The position numbers were made by a program, and so were the translations under genes. From NCBI RefSeq assembly GCF_001194135.2, contig NC_068988.1:64395742-64459741 (forward strand): DNA of 64,000 nt, written 5' to 3'. The stretch comes from Octopus bimaculoides (lineage: Eukaryota). Below are positions 12,610-24,458 of this stretch, piece by piece. The notes beneath the pieces are model-generated. The model did not search any database. It was not told the DNA's origin and was given only the letters and a program-made list of their open reading frames with translations. Each line of letters begins with the position of its first letter. Position 1 is the stretch's first letter.

Positions 12610-12654
<45 letters not shown>

Positions 12655-12659
<5 letters not shown>

Positions 12660-12832
12660 ACTATTGCTTGACAACCGGTAGTATTCTGTTTACGTCCTCG
12701 GAACTTCGCGGTTCTGCAAAAATGCCCGATAGAATAAAAACCAGGCTTTAAAAATAAAACCGGGGATCGATTCATTCGAATAAACTTTCTCCATGACCGC
12801 AGTCTAATGACTGAAGCAAGTAAAAGATAAAA
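12655..12832 (+). mobile_element. SINE family A 3' half
   Basis: GCTTGACAACCGG...GCGGTTCTGCAAAA...CCGATAGAATAA...CATGACCGCAGTCTAATGACTGAAGCAAGTAAAAG. Confidence 0.85.
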
Positions 12833-13189
12833 TATATATATAACGAAAAATTGATTTGTCTGGTAAGTTCGTTTAAATCACACACTGAGAACGATTGAAT
12901 TGGTGTCTGTAACAGATGAAGCAGAACAGCGCTGAAACTCGTTTCACGGTTCGATTGCATCATTCAGCGCTCAGTTCGATGTCCATAAGGAGAATATCTT
13001 CTCCGTGACAATTACTACAGCAGCGAAAGCGTTTCTAAGTTTGAGTGCGCACGAACGTGTTACATAAATAGGAATGATAAATCTACACACATTTACTTTA
13101 ATCGTCGCTGTATAGTGTGCTTAAAGTGTTTCTAACATAGAGAGTGTAAAACTCTGCAGTCTTTCATTAATGTCACTTCTTTCAACTTT

Positions 13190-13222
13190 TCCCTGAAGAA
13201 AGACTCTTTCCGAAACGTTGGA
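13190..13222 (+). ncRNA. Minimal hammerhead-ribozyme-like motif (Penelope-type), probably a relic
   Basis: tcc-CTGAAGA-aagactctttcc-GAAA-CG-T-T-gga: intact core boxes, 3-bp stem I (tcc/gga), palindromic ACGT stem III, weak stem II. Confidence 0.5.
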
Positions 13223-13659
13223 TTTCACTCTCCTCACAGCAAGTTCACTGTACTATTTTTAACGATTTTATTAAATGATACGAGTCTTACCAACGCTGAC
13301 CGACACAACCCTAATGTGGTCGCTTGAGCCCTACGAACTAGATTACTCTAAGGACCCAACAAAATTTTGAGTTGCATGAAACTCAATCAAACCCTTTTCG
13401 ATAATAATATACGAAGCAAGTTACTACTAAATGTATTGAGTACCTCCTTTCTTTTCCCACTCACTCGTTTATATACATACACGTAGATTTTATATACGTG
13501 TCTGTGTGTGTATATATGCATATATGATTAAAATTGTTTACCATCTTCAGGGATATATCCCAGCACCTATAACAGACATGCATTCAGAATGATAAAACGT
13601 AAACGCTGTTCCTTACCTTATTTCCTTATTTTACCCGACCGATGAAACGAAACAAAAAC

Positions 13660-13890
13660 GATAATGATAATAATAATAATAATAATAATGGCTTCACATT
13701 TTGCCACAAGGCCAGCAATTTTGGGGAAGTAACTAAGTCGATTACATCGACCCCTCGTGTTCAACTGGTATTTATTTTATCGATACCGGAAGGATGAAAA
13801 GCAAAGTCAACTCCGGCGGAATTTGAACTCAGAACGTAAAGATTGAAGAATTACCAATAAGCATTTGCCAGACGGGCTAACGTTTCTGCC
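13660..13890 (-). mobile_element. SINE family B, full length with (ATT)n tail
   Basis: Reverse complement of family B (CACAAGGCCAGCAATTTT...GTCGATTACATCGACCCC...GATGAAAAGCAAAGTCAACTCCGGCGGAATTTGAACTCAGAACG). Confidence 0.9.
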
Positions 13891-13893
13891 AAC

Positions 13894-13957
<64 letters not shown>

Positions 13958-14090
13958 GTAAAATTAAGAAGTCAAATATTCGATGTACGCTCAGCAACGG
14001 CAGTGGTTACAGCAGCAGCAGCAGTTGCCATTGCTAAGATGTGTCGTAATTTTAGGACTTTATCCCTTAGCAATCTACTACTACTACTAC

Positions 14091-14123
<33 letters not shown>

Positions 14124-15184
14124 CGGTAGCAAACCCAAATCACAGCTAGTTCTTCTAACTGACCTTGATACAAATAGGGGACTCACTGATGAGGTTTTCC
14201 GCCATGAGTGGGGGAGGGGGGAATGTTAGGGAAGGGAAAAATGTTGGGGAAGGGGGGATTTTCACATTTATTTTTTTATTTTATTTTTTTTTATTTTTCT
14301 CCTTTCCTCAGTACCTCCCTCATCCCCACTCCTCGCCACCACCACCACTACCACCTATCCACATTTTCTTTTACCGAATCGCTTTACGTCTCTTTCTCAC
14401 ATTAAATGATAGCACACACGGATATAATTAATTAGAGTTTACACAATTGCGAAAGAACTCAAGGAAAGCATGTGGTAGGATGTATAATTGGTTGCAATAT
14501 GGAAAGCAGAGAAACGACTGTGCTAACGTGTGTATATATGTGTATATATATGCGTGTGTGTGTGAGAGAGAGGTTTTTATCGTTTTTTATAGTTTTATTT
14601 TTTCTCTTTTTTTTTACCATAATATGCACCTGCTGTATCATTTGTTTTGTTTCGTTTGGTGTGGTTTTTTTTGTATTTTTATTTTTATTTTTATTTTTTG
14701 TTGTATGATTTTTTTTTTCTTCTATTATTTATTCTTTATATTCCCAATTAGGTTCGAACCACGTTCGTCATCACTAATGCCTTTAAGGAGAGCCATATAC
14801 GTCAGAGCTTCTCATTTTCTACACACCCCACCTCTCTTTCCCCCTCCCCCTTCCCTCCCCTCACTCTCTCTCTCTCTCTCTCTCTCTTTCTTTCTACCTG
14901 CCTCATTATGAATGAAGTATTTCATATTCAGTTGAAGAATCACTTTGCTCACTTCATTTGCCATGTTGTTCCTTTTTAAGAGAAATCATGAACGCCACAA
15001 GCTCCCATTATAACCCCTACCCCTACCTCTGCTTCTATTAAATCTCAAACGACTATTTCCATGTAGAAAACGAAATGAAACGCAATAAACAAACCAATCG
15101 CAAATTGTTCCCTGGTGATTCTTCGCTACCGGAGACAATTGTCTCTTCGTTGACCAGTTGTAGGCTTTCTGATAGTTAGATAAT

Positions 15185-15370
15185 TCAGCGAGTGGCTTGG
15201 TGGTTAAAATGTAGCACCCACGATCTTAAGACTATGGTTTCAATCCCAGGGCTGGCCGATCCGTTGTATTCTTGAGCTAATTATTCCACATTCCACTCAG
15301 CTGAATATGAAATCCACTAATTGCTGAGGAGTTGGTCCTGCGATGGACTGGCGTCCCGTTCTGGGTGGGA
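15185..15370 (+). mobile_element. CORE-like SINE, degenerate
   Basis: GTGGCTTGGTGGTTAA head, GGTTTCAATCCC, TTGTATTCTTGAGC, TCCACTCAGCTG. Confidence 0.65.
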
Positions 15371-15414
15371 ATAATAGATCAAGGAACAATTTAGTTTTGG
15401 ATATTTTAGTTAAG

Positions 15415-15955
15415 CTCTTTTACGCTACGTGTTCAAATCCTATCAAGGGTTGACCTTACTTTTCATCTTTCAGTTTCGATAAAAATTAGTACCACTCAGC
15501 TACAGTGATCCTCACTTCCCTTTTCAAGATAATCCCTGTGGCCCTGGGCCTGTGTAGAATGTCATTATTGGAAAATGTTGTATATGCAATATTTATGATG
15601 TCTCGAAAGCGGCGAGCAGGCAGAATCGTTAGCACGCCGGAGAAATTACTTTTCGTCCGTCTTTACGCTCTGAATTCAAATTCCGCCGAGGTCGACTTTG
15701 CTTTTCATCTTTTTGGGGTCGATAAAATAAGCACCAGCCGGGCACTGGAGTCAATGTAATCGACTTAATTTTACCCCTCCCCCAAAATTTCTGACCTTAT
15801 GTCAAAAATTGAAACCAGTATTAATTCAAATAAGGTCAATGGGTTGAGGCACTTCTTTCTGAGTTCAAATCCCGCTATGGGTAACTTCGTCTTTCATCCC
15901 CACCAATTTCCCCCGAAATTGCTGGCCTAGTGCCAAAATTTGAAACCAATATTTA
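15415..15955 (+). mobile_element. Cluster of three family B SINE copies (best copy 15605-15825)
   Basis: GCGGCGAGCAGGCAGAATCGTTAGCACGCCGG...GAGGTCGACTTTGC...GGGGTCGATAAAATAAG, with partial copies on both sides. Confidence 0.85.
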
Positions 15956-15979
15956 TCAAGTCTCTCCTTTAATTAATGA

Positions 15980-16125
15980 AGGTGCATGTTACACTCACGT
16001 CTCAAGATCGTAGTTTTGATTCCCGGACCGGACCGGTTTTTGCGTCATTGAGCAAAACACTTTAATTCTCACTACTCCAGTCTACTTAGCTGCAAATGAG
16101 ATCCAGCAGTAGCTGTCAAGTTGCC
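15980..16125 (+). mobile_element. CORE-like SINE fragment
   Basis: TTTGATTCCCGGACC...TTGAGCAAAACACTTTAATT...CTCCAGTCTACTTAGCTGCAAATGAG. Confidence 0.65.
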
Positions 16126-16594
16126 GTCCCATTCAGTGAGTAGTGTTATGATCTCCCTTACTAATTCGCCAAAGGAACCGGTGTTTCGACATATTCCCGG
16201 ACTTTCAAGTCTAGCCAAACAGCTGGCATCCATATATACTTTCACCTAACAAAATCTTTGCTGATCGGTGCTCATATCTGCCAGCCGATATAAAATCGTT
16301 GTTTGCGCCGTATACAGAAAAGATCTGGGATGATATATGTGCATATTTATTCTTAATGCGTCTAAGCAGGTTCGGACGCAAAACGTCCTAGTGGCTCTAC
16401 TGTACGGTAAAAGAGTAAAACTTCTTTCTTTTCTGACGATAGTGTATTCAATCTGGAAAGTGTCCAGAAATTATTCTAACGTCCAACCAAAGCAACGGCA
16501 TTCAAAACAACTGTTCTCTTATTTCAACCTGGCAAAAGTTTAAGATATATTGACCCGCAACATAACTAATGTTGCCTTACCATTTTCAACCGCC

Positions 16595-16700
16595 AGCACA
16601 AGTCATAGAGAAGTCGCCAGGTGGCAATGCGATCTGTTAGAAATATCAACCAAATACTTTCCAAATTACACTCTACTGTCCAAGAAACAGTTATAGTTGA
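16595..16700. repeat. Family F fragment (opposite orientation to 4995-5200)
   Basis: GTTAGAAATATCAACCAAATACTTTCCAAATTACAC resembles CTAGAAATAGCAGCCAAATCTCCCTC at ~59870. Confidence 0.55.
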
Positions 16701-17363
16701 GAAAATGAAAAGATAATCACCACGAAACTACATGACAGAAACAACCTACGCTATACACAAGAGTCGGCTCATTGGCGCAGAGGTTTCTGGGACAACAGTG
16801 TTTCGACATGTGTCTAACCAAGCAGCTGAACTTATTCTGCTGTGACGTACATTAAACAGCCACTAGCATATTCTGCGTCTGAACCTGCCTAAACTTATTG
16901 AGTATAGATTTACAAAGATTTGCTCGTTTTGTTTTACGTTTCAAAATAGGCGAAAGTATTGCTGTAGTTTCTTAACCATACGACCCAAACCGGCGCCAAA
17001 AGCTTTACCTTTATTAGAAAAAAATATCTCATGCTGTGGTCAGAAATTATTTTCTAAACCAAAAATAAGATCTTGGCGCAACCGTGCAGTTAAATTACGT
17101 TCTTACGTTCCCCATACATTCACTTGTATAATAATTCAAGGATTCGCGTTCAAACCACATCGGAGTTAACTTGCCGTTCTATTTCTTTTGGTGCAAATAA
17201 AATAACAGCGCCTCTTTCCATAACATGCTTGCAGTCACACAAGTTTTGATAACAGTTGTAATATTGTCTATAAGAAAGGAATGAAATTATACTGTCTCCT
17301 TCATCTTATGCGAATTGGTAACCTCGTGCTAGTCTTAGAAACACCGAAGATCACGAAAATACG

Positions 17364-17423
<60 letters not shown>

Positions 17424-17849
17424 CATCATCATCATTTGGTTGTCTGGGGAATCGTTGCGTTTCTTTAAAAATGTATTAATGTCATGTTTTTTTCTCTGTA
17501 ACTTTAATATTTGGCCAAATGCTTCACATGTCATTTTTCTTTGTACATATTTTCATTCACATATACACACGCAAAAGCACACGCGCGCACACACACACAC
17601 GCTCATACACACAGACTTATATGTATGTGTGTGTATGTCTTGTGCGTGTGTCTATGTGCATACACTATCAAAAGAATACTCCCAAGACATAAATCAAAAC
17701 AGCTCGATCCAAATATCGATATATGCAATAGACAGAGTTCTATAGATCTGTCTTTAATACCCAAAGACATGCAAGAGACATATACATGGAGAAAAAACCG
17801 AGACTCGAAAATTGTGTCTATTTCAAAGTGCGTGTGCGTATGAATGTAT

Positions 17850-17850
17850 C

Positions 17851-17926
<76 letters not shown>
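17850..17926. repeat. (AGAT)n microsatellite
   Basis: Directly visible; similar tracts near 24400, 34812, 41782 and 48690. Confidence 0.95.
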
Positions 17927-17927
<1 letters not shown>

Positions 17928-18499
17928 GGGTCGAGTGTAAGGGGGTGTACGTCTTTATGTGAGAGAAATAGAGGCTTTTAATCCTAAGACCAAAAAGACC
18001 AGTCATTCAATAGAGAACTCGATATATTTCATACCGTAGAGTAAAAAAAAAATTATTTTTCTAAAAGCCATAGGTAGGTGCCAAAGTTTCTCTAAGATGC
18101 TGGTCTGAGACGCCTGAAGGAAGAGATTAACATTCACACATTGGTGCCCGTCCATAGCTTTATGACATATATATATATATATAGTAACGGTTGTTCACAT
18201 GTGCATTTCAGTTTCTCCAAATTTCCTTCTCTGCGTGCCTATTCTATCTTTCCGAAGAAGGCTGAGTCTCCGAAACATTAAAAACACTTGTTTTTCTCCT
18301 TTATTTCTGAAATTCGAACCAATGTTGTATACATTTTTTTACCTGGTCGTTGTATTTTTCGTCGCCTTTTCTGTGATATGTGTGTGTGATATATATGTAT
18401 ATGTGTATATATACATATGTGTGTGTACGTATCTTTACATATATAATTATATACATGTGTGTGTATGTATATATATACATATACATGTAATTTTCGTTG

Positions 18500-18790
18500 C
18501 GTCTTAACTTTTTCAATAGTCGTTGACTCTCTTGGCAACAGATGAACTGGGTTGGTAAATCTCCCCTCATTATGTTTTTCAGTGGTTTAAGTGTTCTTAC
18601 CGGTCTAAGATATGTCGGAGTCTGTTTTTAGCTAAGGAAATCTTTGCCTGTCTCACTGTCAATCTCTGGTGGGATACATACCCTTTTGTTGATGGGTAAG
18701 TCTGTAGGGTAGATCCTTGCCATGTCATATGATTTGTTGTTGAGGTTATAGAAGACAAGTTGTAGGGTGCTACTGGTGTTACTATCGTTG
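18500..18790 (-). pseudogene. Possible Penelope-like element N-terminal ORF relic
   Basis: YNLSSITSTTNHMT-(shift)-YRLTH...KNRLRHIL resembles the recalled NLS..LT..E..LL.KGL.F.PT motif; frameshifted. Confidence 0.35.
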
Positions 18791-18876
18791 TAGTTGTTGT
18801 TGTTATAGTTGCTGGCATTGTCGTTGCTAGTGATGGTGATGGTGGTAGTGCTTGTGCTGTGTTCGTTGTGGTTGTT

Positions 18877-18915
<39 letters not shown>

Positions 18916-19393
18916 CCTTCAAAGAAGCTTTGTAAATAATCTTTCTGACTCATACAAGAAAATGTCTCTTTCTTTCATATACCAAATACATCATTCAACG
19001 TCACTTATATGCTTTGTTTTCTTTGAGATACCCAATAATATACCCAGATGTAAATACCGTAGCTTGCCAACCACAAATGAACACGTATGGGTCGTAGTTA
19101 CACAATTTGGCTTGGCTACGTTGACATGATTGGGTATTACAAGCTGAAATCTATTTGGAGACGACGCTGACTAAGATTCTTTCAGATCGATATATACTCA
19201 GAGAAGGAGGCGGATAATTTTACTTTTGTCTTCGTTTATGGTCGTTTTATGATTTTGGACGAGATTAGAGGAGAGAGAAATGTTGATTTAATTAAAACAA
19301 TATAGGCTGGTTGTTGACAGTACAGAAGAAAAAATAATGGTCGACGTCATCCATTTTGATGGATAGAGTGTACATATATACGTATACGTATAC

Positions 19394-19431
<38 letters not shown>

Positions 19432-19778
19432 TGTGTATTATATTAGCTAACAATATTATGGTGTGAAATGTAATGAACCGAAACAAAGCACTCAATAGTG
19501 TTAGGTACAGTGATATAATATTTATTTAGAGCTAATGGATTTCGGAACTTTACAGTCATGCATTGTATGTGTATGTGTGTGCACACATATATATAGGTGT
19601 ATATGTATATATATACACAAACACACACAGAGACTAGGAGTTGCACGAAACAATATATATTTTGTCGGAATCATCCCATTGCATCATACACACACCCACA
19701 CCCACCCACAATTATGTATGTGAGAATTAACTTTTTCGGAAAGAGTTGAATTTTATTTTCTTCTTTTTCTCTCTGACT

Positions 19779-19833
<55 letters not shown>

Positions 19834-20524
19834 GCTCTCTCTCCCCTCTCTCTCTCTCTCTTTCGCTCTATCTTCCCCCCTCTCTCTCTCTCTCTGGTGG
19901 TGGTGGTGGTTTATTCGTACCTTTCAGATCAGTGAAATATATATAGTCATTGATATAAGAACGATTGAATCACTTCCTTAGACTATATTTGAAAAATATC
20001 GATGTTCCTGCAGATATTGGACTGCGTATATTCAAGTTGGGAATCAGCCGCATCAATGTCACTCGTCTGGGAGAGCCTGAAAACTAACGTGTACTCTTCT
20101 AACTCGTTTAGACCCATCAAATTCCATAAATCTGACCTTATAAAACACTTTCGTTAAAATTGGAATTAATTTGTCTTTACGCATTTTCAGCAAGAAGCTA
20201 CTCCTTCAAGAATTGTTGTCCTCGAATGACGCATTTAAATTATTGGACAAGAACATATAATTCCTCTCGTTTCAAATACATAAATCCAGTATTTTTTGTT
20301 TTGCTTTTTTTTTTTTTTACCGAACATATTTTACCAATATGTTGGATTGGATTGGTTTATATTGTCTATATTCAGTCCACTGCAAGGCAAAGGTTTAAGC
20401 ATATTCTCTCCCGCCCAATTACGGTCTGGTGAGGAAGCCGTGATCTTGAACTCGAGATCTTACTGGTTTGACGAGCCTACACTGCCACGCTGGCTTCACT
20501 TAGCTTTTTATACTCCTACCCAAG

Positions 20525-20650
20525 AATAGGTAAATCGATTACATCGACACCCAGTGCTCAAACCGAAATTATGAAGGGCTCTGTCAATCTCGGTGGAATT
20601 TGAACTCTTAACGTAAAAGTGGACGAAACGCCACAAAGCATTTCGCAGTC
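20525..20650 (-). mobile_element. SINE family B fragment
   Basis: ATCGATTACATCGACACCCAGTG...GGTGGAATTTGAACTCTTAACGTAAA. Confidence 0.7.
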
Positions 20651-20739
20651 AATATGTTACCAATACTTAAATATTTTATTAAAAACGTTTTATTGCTTTC
20701 ACCTAAACATAAAGCATACACATTATTAATTCATACATA

Positions 20740-22400
20740 AATAATTTTAACCCCATTTTTAGATCACAAATTCAATTACGTACATATGTAATTTAGAATT
20801 ATATATTATTCACATTTTTAAAGTGTTATTAATATAATTTTCTTTTATAGATTTGGTCTGGGCTGTTGCAAATCAGAATCAGACAATAGTCAGACAAACG
20901 TTTCCATTGAACATTTGGATGGAACTGTTCTTCTTGCTCTTTGATTAAATTTCGCATAACCATTTTAAAGAGTTTTCAAGCTTTTAATTCCAATACTTTC
21001 AAGAGTCGTTCAAATTTAATATCATTCAAAAACTCAAAGATCGGAAACCCTGCAAAATTTCTCACCTTTAACTTTTGGGAATATTTTAGAAGGATTCTGA
21101 AATCTTGCGTCGACTTAATCATTGCTTTGAGAAAAAATATTTATTAAATCATATCTAATAAGGAGAGATGGTGGAAATGTCTTCTTGGGGCCCCAAACAG
21201 AAGGAACAGATTGGGTACTGCTCATTCCCAAGACATATGTTAACTTTAATAGCTATGATGGTTTAATATAGTGGAATGTAGTTGTACGTATGTTCTATAG
21301 ATATAAGAAACAGTAGTATTTTATAAATCTTGTTTGTCTGAGTATTATCATTCAAATAACTTTGAGATCTCCACAGAGATTCCATTTATAAACATAGCTT
21401 TGAATGGTACCAAGCAGCATGTCCATGTTGACATATGTTTCTATTGTGTGGACATCTTGGACAATAAGGAATGCACAGCTTTATATTCCTGTTCTGTAGA
21501 ATTACTTTATAGTGAATCAACGCAAAGGCGCCAGTCAGATACTCTAGAAGTCTAAGACAAGTTTGTGAAGAATTCATTGATGTCATTGCTATAGCAGAAT
21601 GGATCATCTAATGTTGCCAATTAAAATTTCACTTTAGAAAGTAAATCACTTTTGTACTTTGATCAAGTAAATTAGCTTTGTTCAGTCAAGAGACGAGAAG
21701 GTCGACCTTTTCTGTAGACGGCAATTAGTCTTTACTAAGATTATTTAAACATTCCTGTTTAACACAAATTTTCTTTGGATACTTATTCATTATCTTTAGA
21801 AAATCCAGCACCTACACCAATTTTCCCTTCATCACTGTCCATTCCGTTATTTGTAGAAGCTAGTACTTCATTTAACCCGAACTTTCCTGTGAATTAGATG
21901 TGATACACGGTATATTTTCTTGGCGTCCATGCATCATATATAAAATATACATTCCTATTTTTTACCAACCACCAGAGTAACTTGAGACTTACGAAAGGAA
22001 AGATTTATATAACTCAGAACGTATAAAACAAGGGCAATCTAAAAGTCTGAAAGCAAACTTATGAAAATGCTTGGGACAGACAACGGGTTAAATGGAGAGT
22101 GATTTCTATGTTCAAACGCACAATTATGTAGAAGAGTAAATTACATCGCAGACGATACGCAGGACATATTTCCCTGGCGTCCATGCATCATATTTAATAC
22201 ATGTTCCCATTTTTTCAGCTACCAGAGTAACTTGGGATTTATAAAAGGAAAGCTTTATATTACTCAGAACGTAATAAAACAAGGCTCAACTAAAAGTCTG
22301 AAAGCAAACTCATAAAAATGCTTTTGATTAGGCAAAGGGTAACGAAAAACGAAATAGGTATTGTTTCATTACGTTGGACAGAATATTGATTTCGTTTATG
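20740..22400 (-). pseudogene. Chapaev-like (CMC superfamily) DNA transposon relic with decayed transposase
   Basis: Collinear translated motifs: KQECLNNLSKD*LPSTEKVDLLVS*LNKANLLDQSTK; FCYSNDINEFF..VSDWRLCVDS; ETYVNMDMLL...KWNLCGDLKVI*M...FIKYYCFLYL; YVLGMSSTQSVP..PKKTFPPSLLIRYDLINIFLKAM; EQEEQFH; LSDYCLILICNSPDQIYKRK; many stops and frameshifts. Confidence 0.8.
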
Positions 22401-22605
22401 TAGTTACTCTTCATAAAAAAAAACCCAGTTATGTTAACGCTACAGAAATAGCAGTTAATATGATGATCTTTTCTGTTCTCTCCATATCGTGACTGTGGCA
22501 AAAGAAATTGATATTTCTTTGTTGAATCAATAATGTAGCTCGTTTAAACAAACGCAGTGGTGTCCACTTCCCATCTTGGTCACCTAGATATGACAGTCAA
22601 AGTAT

Positions 22606-22890
22606 GCTTGTTACTTGCTTGCTTGCCTCATGCTCTTGTTTGATAGGGTTGGGGTCACCCCAGGTTAGTAGTCCCAGAGACATCGTCATGAGTAGAGAGG
22701 ACCAGGTTCACCAGTGCTCTCAATCATTGGCGGTCTCCGTGCCAGTCCCTCTGCATCCTCCAAGGTGAATTCGAGCCTCTGGCGATCTTCCTTAATCATA
22801 TCCAGCCATCTGGTGCTGGGCCTGCGATGAGGCCACTTCCAGTCTGCGGGTGCTGTGTCGAATGAGAGTAAAGCCCGGATATGATTTCAA
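22606..22890 (-). pseudogene. RTE-clade LINE 3' end with (GCAA)n tail
   Basis: IRALLSFDTAPADWKWPHRRPSTRWLDMIKEDRQRLEFTLEDAEGLA matches the RTE C-terminal GRP..RW.D....D motif; ends GCAAGCAAGCAAG. Confidence 0.85.
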
Positions 22891-22951
22891 AAGAACCATT
22901 TAGGTTGTTCGTTGGTAGTTTTAATTGCAAAAGTATCGCAAACAAGAAGTA

Positions 22952-23312
22952 GGTGCAGGCATGGTTCTGTGTTTAAGAAGTTCGCTTCGCAACTACACAG
23001 CCCGTGGTTCTGAGTTCGATACAACAAGGAGGCATCATAGGCAGATGTCTTCTGCTATAATCCATGGCTAACCAATTCCTCGTGAGTGGATTTGGTGGAC
23101 GGAACCTGTGTGGAAGACTATCATGTGTACATAGTGTGTGTATGCGTGTTTGAGCGTGTCTGTGCGCGTGACTTAGCGGTTCGACAATAGTGACTGATTG
23201 AATAAGTACCAGACTTGAAATAAAAATCATCAACTAGGGTCGATTTGTTCGACAAAACTCTTTCAGAAGGAACCCCCAGTATAGCCGCAGTCCAATGACC
23301 GAAACAAGTCAA
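22952..23312 (+). mobile_element. SINE family A, full length, diverged
   Basis: GGTGCAGGCATGG head...GTGAGTGGATTTGG...short (TG)n...GACTTAGCGGTTCG...GCCGCAGTCCAATGACCGAAACAAG. Confidence 0.85.
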
Positions 23313-24067
23313 AAACAAAACAAAAAAAAATTATAATAATAAACAAAAGAATAGATTAACAGAACAAGTTAGAGTAACTTATACATACACAAGGCATTCT
23401 TAATCAATAACAAACAATCTACACAAATATTCTAGTCTCAACTCAATACCTACACGTGCCATTGCAAAAACCAGACCGTTATTGAAATTAAAATAAGAAA
23501 CGTTTTTTCTCGTCTACCCAAAGCCATTCGTGATGGAAAAATCTTCGTCGAACGGCGTTATCAAAAAGTGATCAGCGCAATCATAAAGTATTGGAAATGT
23601 ATTTTCTCAAATCAAAATTACAGTTCTATTTACGAGCTCAATAATGCTATTAGATTTCTTAAGTACAGCTACAATACTTGAAAGCTATGATCCTTATCAA
23701 GAGAAACCTCAAGGCATCTTTAATTCTTCAATAAATTCAAATATATGGTTCTTTATTTTGAAAGATTAATTTAGATAATGTTTTTACCGAAGTATAATCA
23801 CTTTTGTTTGTATGTTTGTATGTTTTTGCATGTTTGCTTTAATTCTCGTATTTTTGCCGACCAAGTATTCTACTTATTTAAAGACTTTTGCAATATTTTA
23901 GTTCTCTCATTGTCAAAATCCAACATCGGAAAAATCTTAGAATTATCTCTAAATAGCTTTTAACCCCTTAGCAATATTACCGCTACGTGTATACACACTC
24001 GCATATATACACACATGCATATATACATACATATATATATTTATATTTGTGTGTGTTTGTGTGTGAA

Positions 24068-24310
24068 AGAGCATGGCCAAGTGGTTAGGATGTTGTGGTG
24101 CGCTGTGTTCTTGAGCAAGATACTTCATTTCACGTCGGTCTAGTCCACTCAGCTGTAACTGCGACTGCTTGGCATTCTGTACAGGGGAATTGTTGGCATG
24201 CCCGCCTAGCCAGCGGAGTGACGTCATTCAAAAGGTACAACAATGCGATGAAGCACATTGTAACCAGCGGTGTGTAACAACATTCGGTGGTCTGGTTGAT
24301 ACAGTGATAT
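24068..24310 (+). mobile_element. CORE-like SINE with a distinct tail
   Basis: GCATGGCCAAGTGGTTAGG head; GTGTTCTTGAGCAAGATACTTCATTTCACG...AGTCCACTCAGCTG. Confidence 0.7.
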
Positions 24311-24399
24311 ACATACATACTTACATATATACATACATACATACATACATACATACATAATATATGAGAGAGTGAGAAAGAGACAGACAGACAAACAGC

Positions 24400-24458
<59 letters not shown>

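Noticed and set aside
14735-14830. Acceptor-like site followed by VRTTFVITNAFKESHIRQSF
   Set aside because: No donor, peptide unrecognised, runs into a (CT)n tract
19030-19180. Minus-strand VNVAKPNC...LRYLHLGILL as LINE RT domains 6-7
   Set aside because: Too short and weak; no upstream YADD-like motif
20165-20265. Strong polypyrimidine acceptor before KKLLLQELLSSNDAFKLLDKNI*
   Set aside because: A single splice signal without homology; expected by chance in AT-rich DNA
23475-23620. RDGKIFVERRYQKVI as a Tc1/mariner transposase C-terminus
   Set aside because: Suggestive but only a few residues match; no TIR or DDD/E motif nearby
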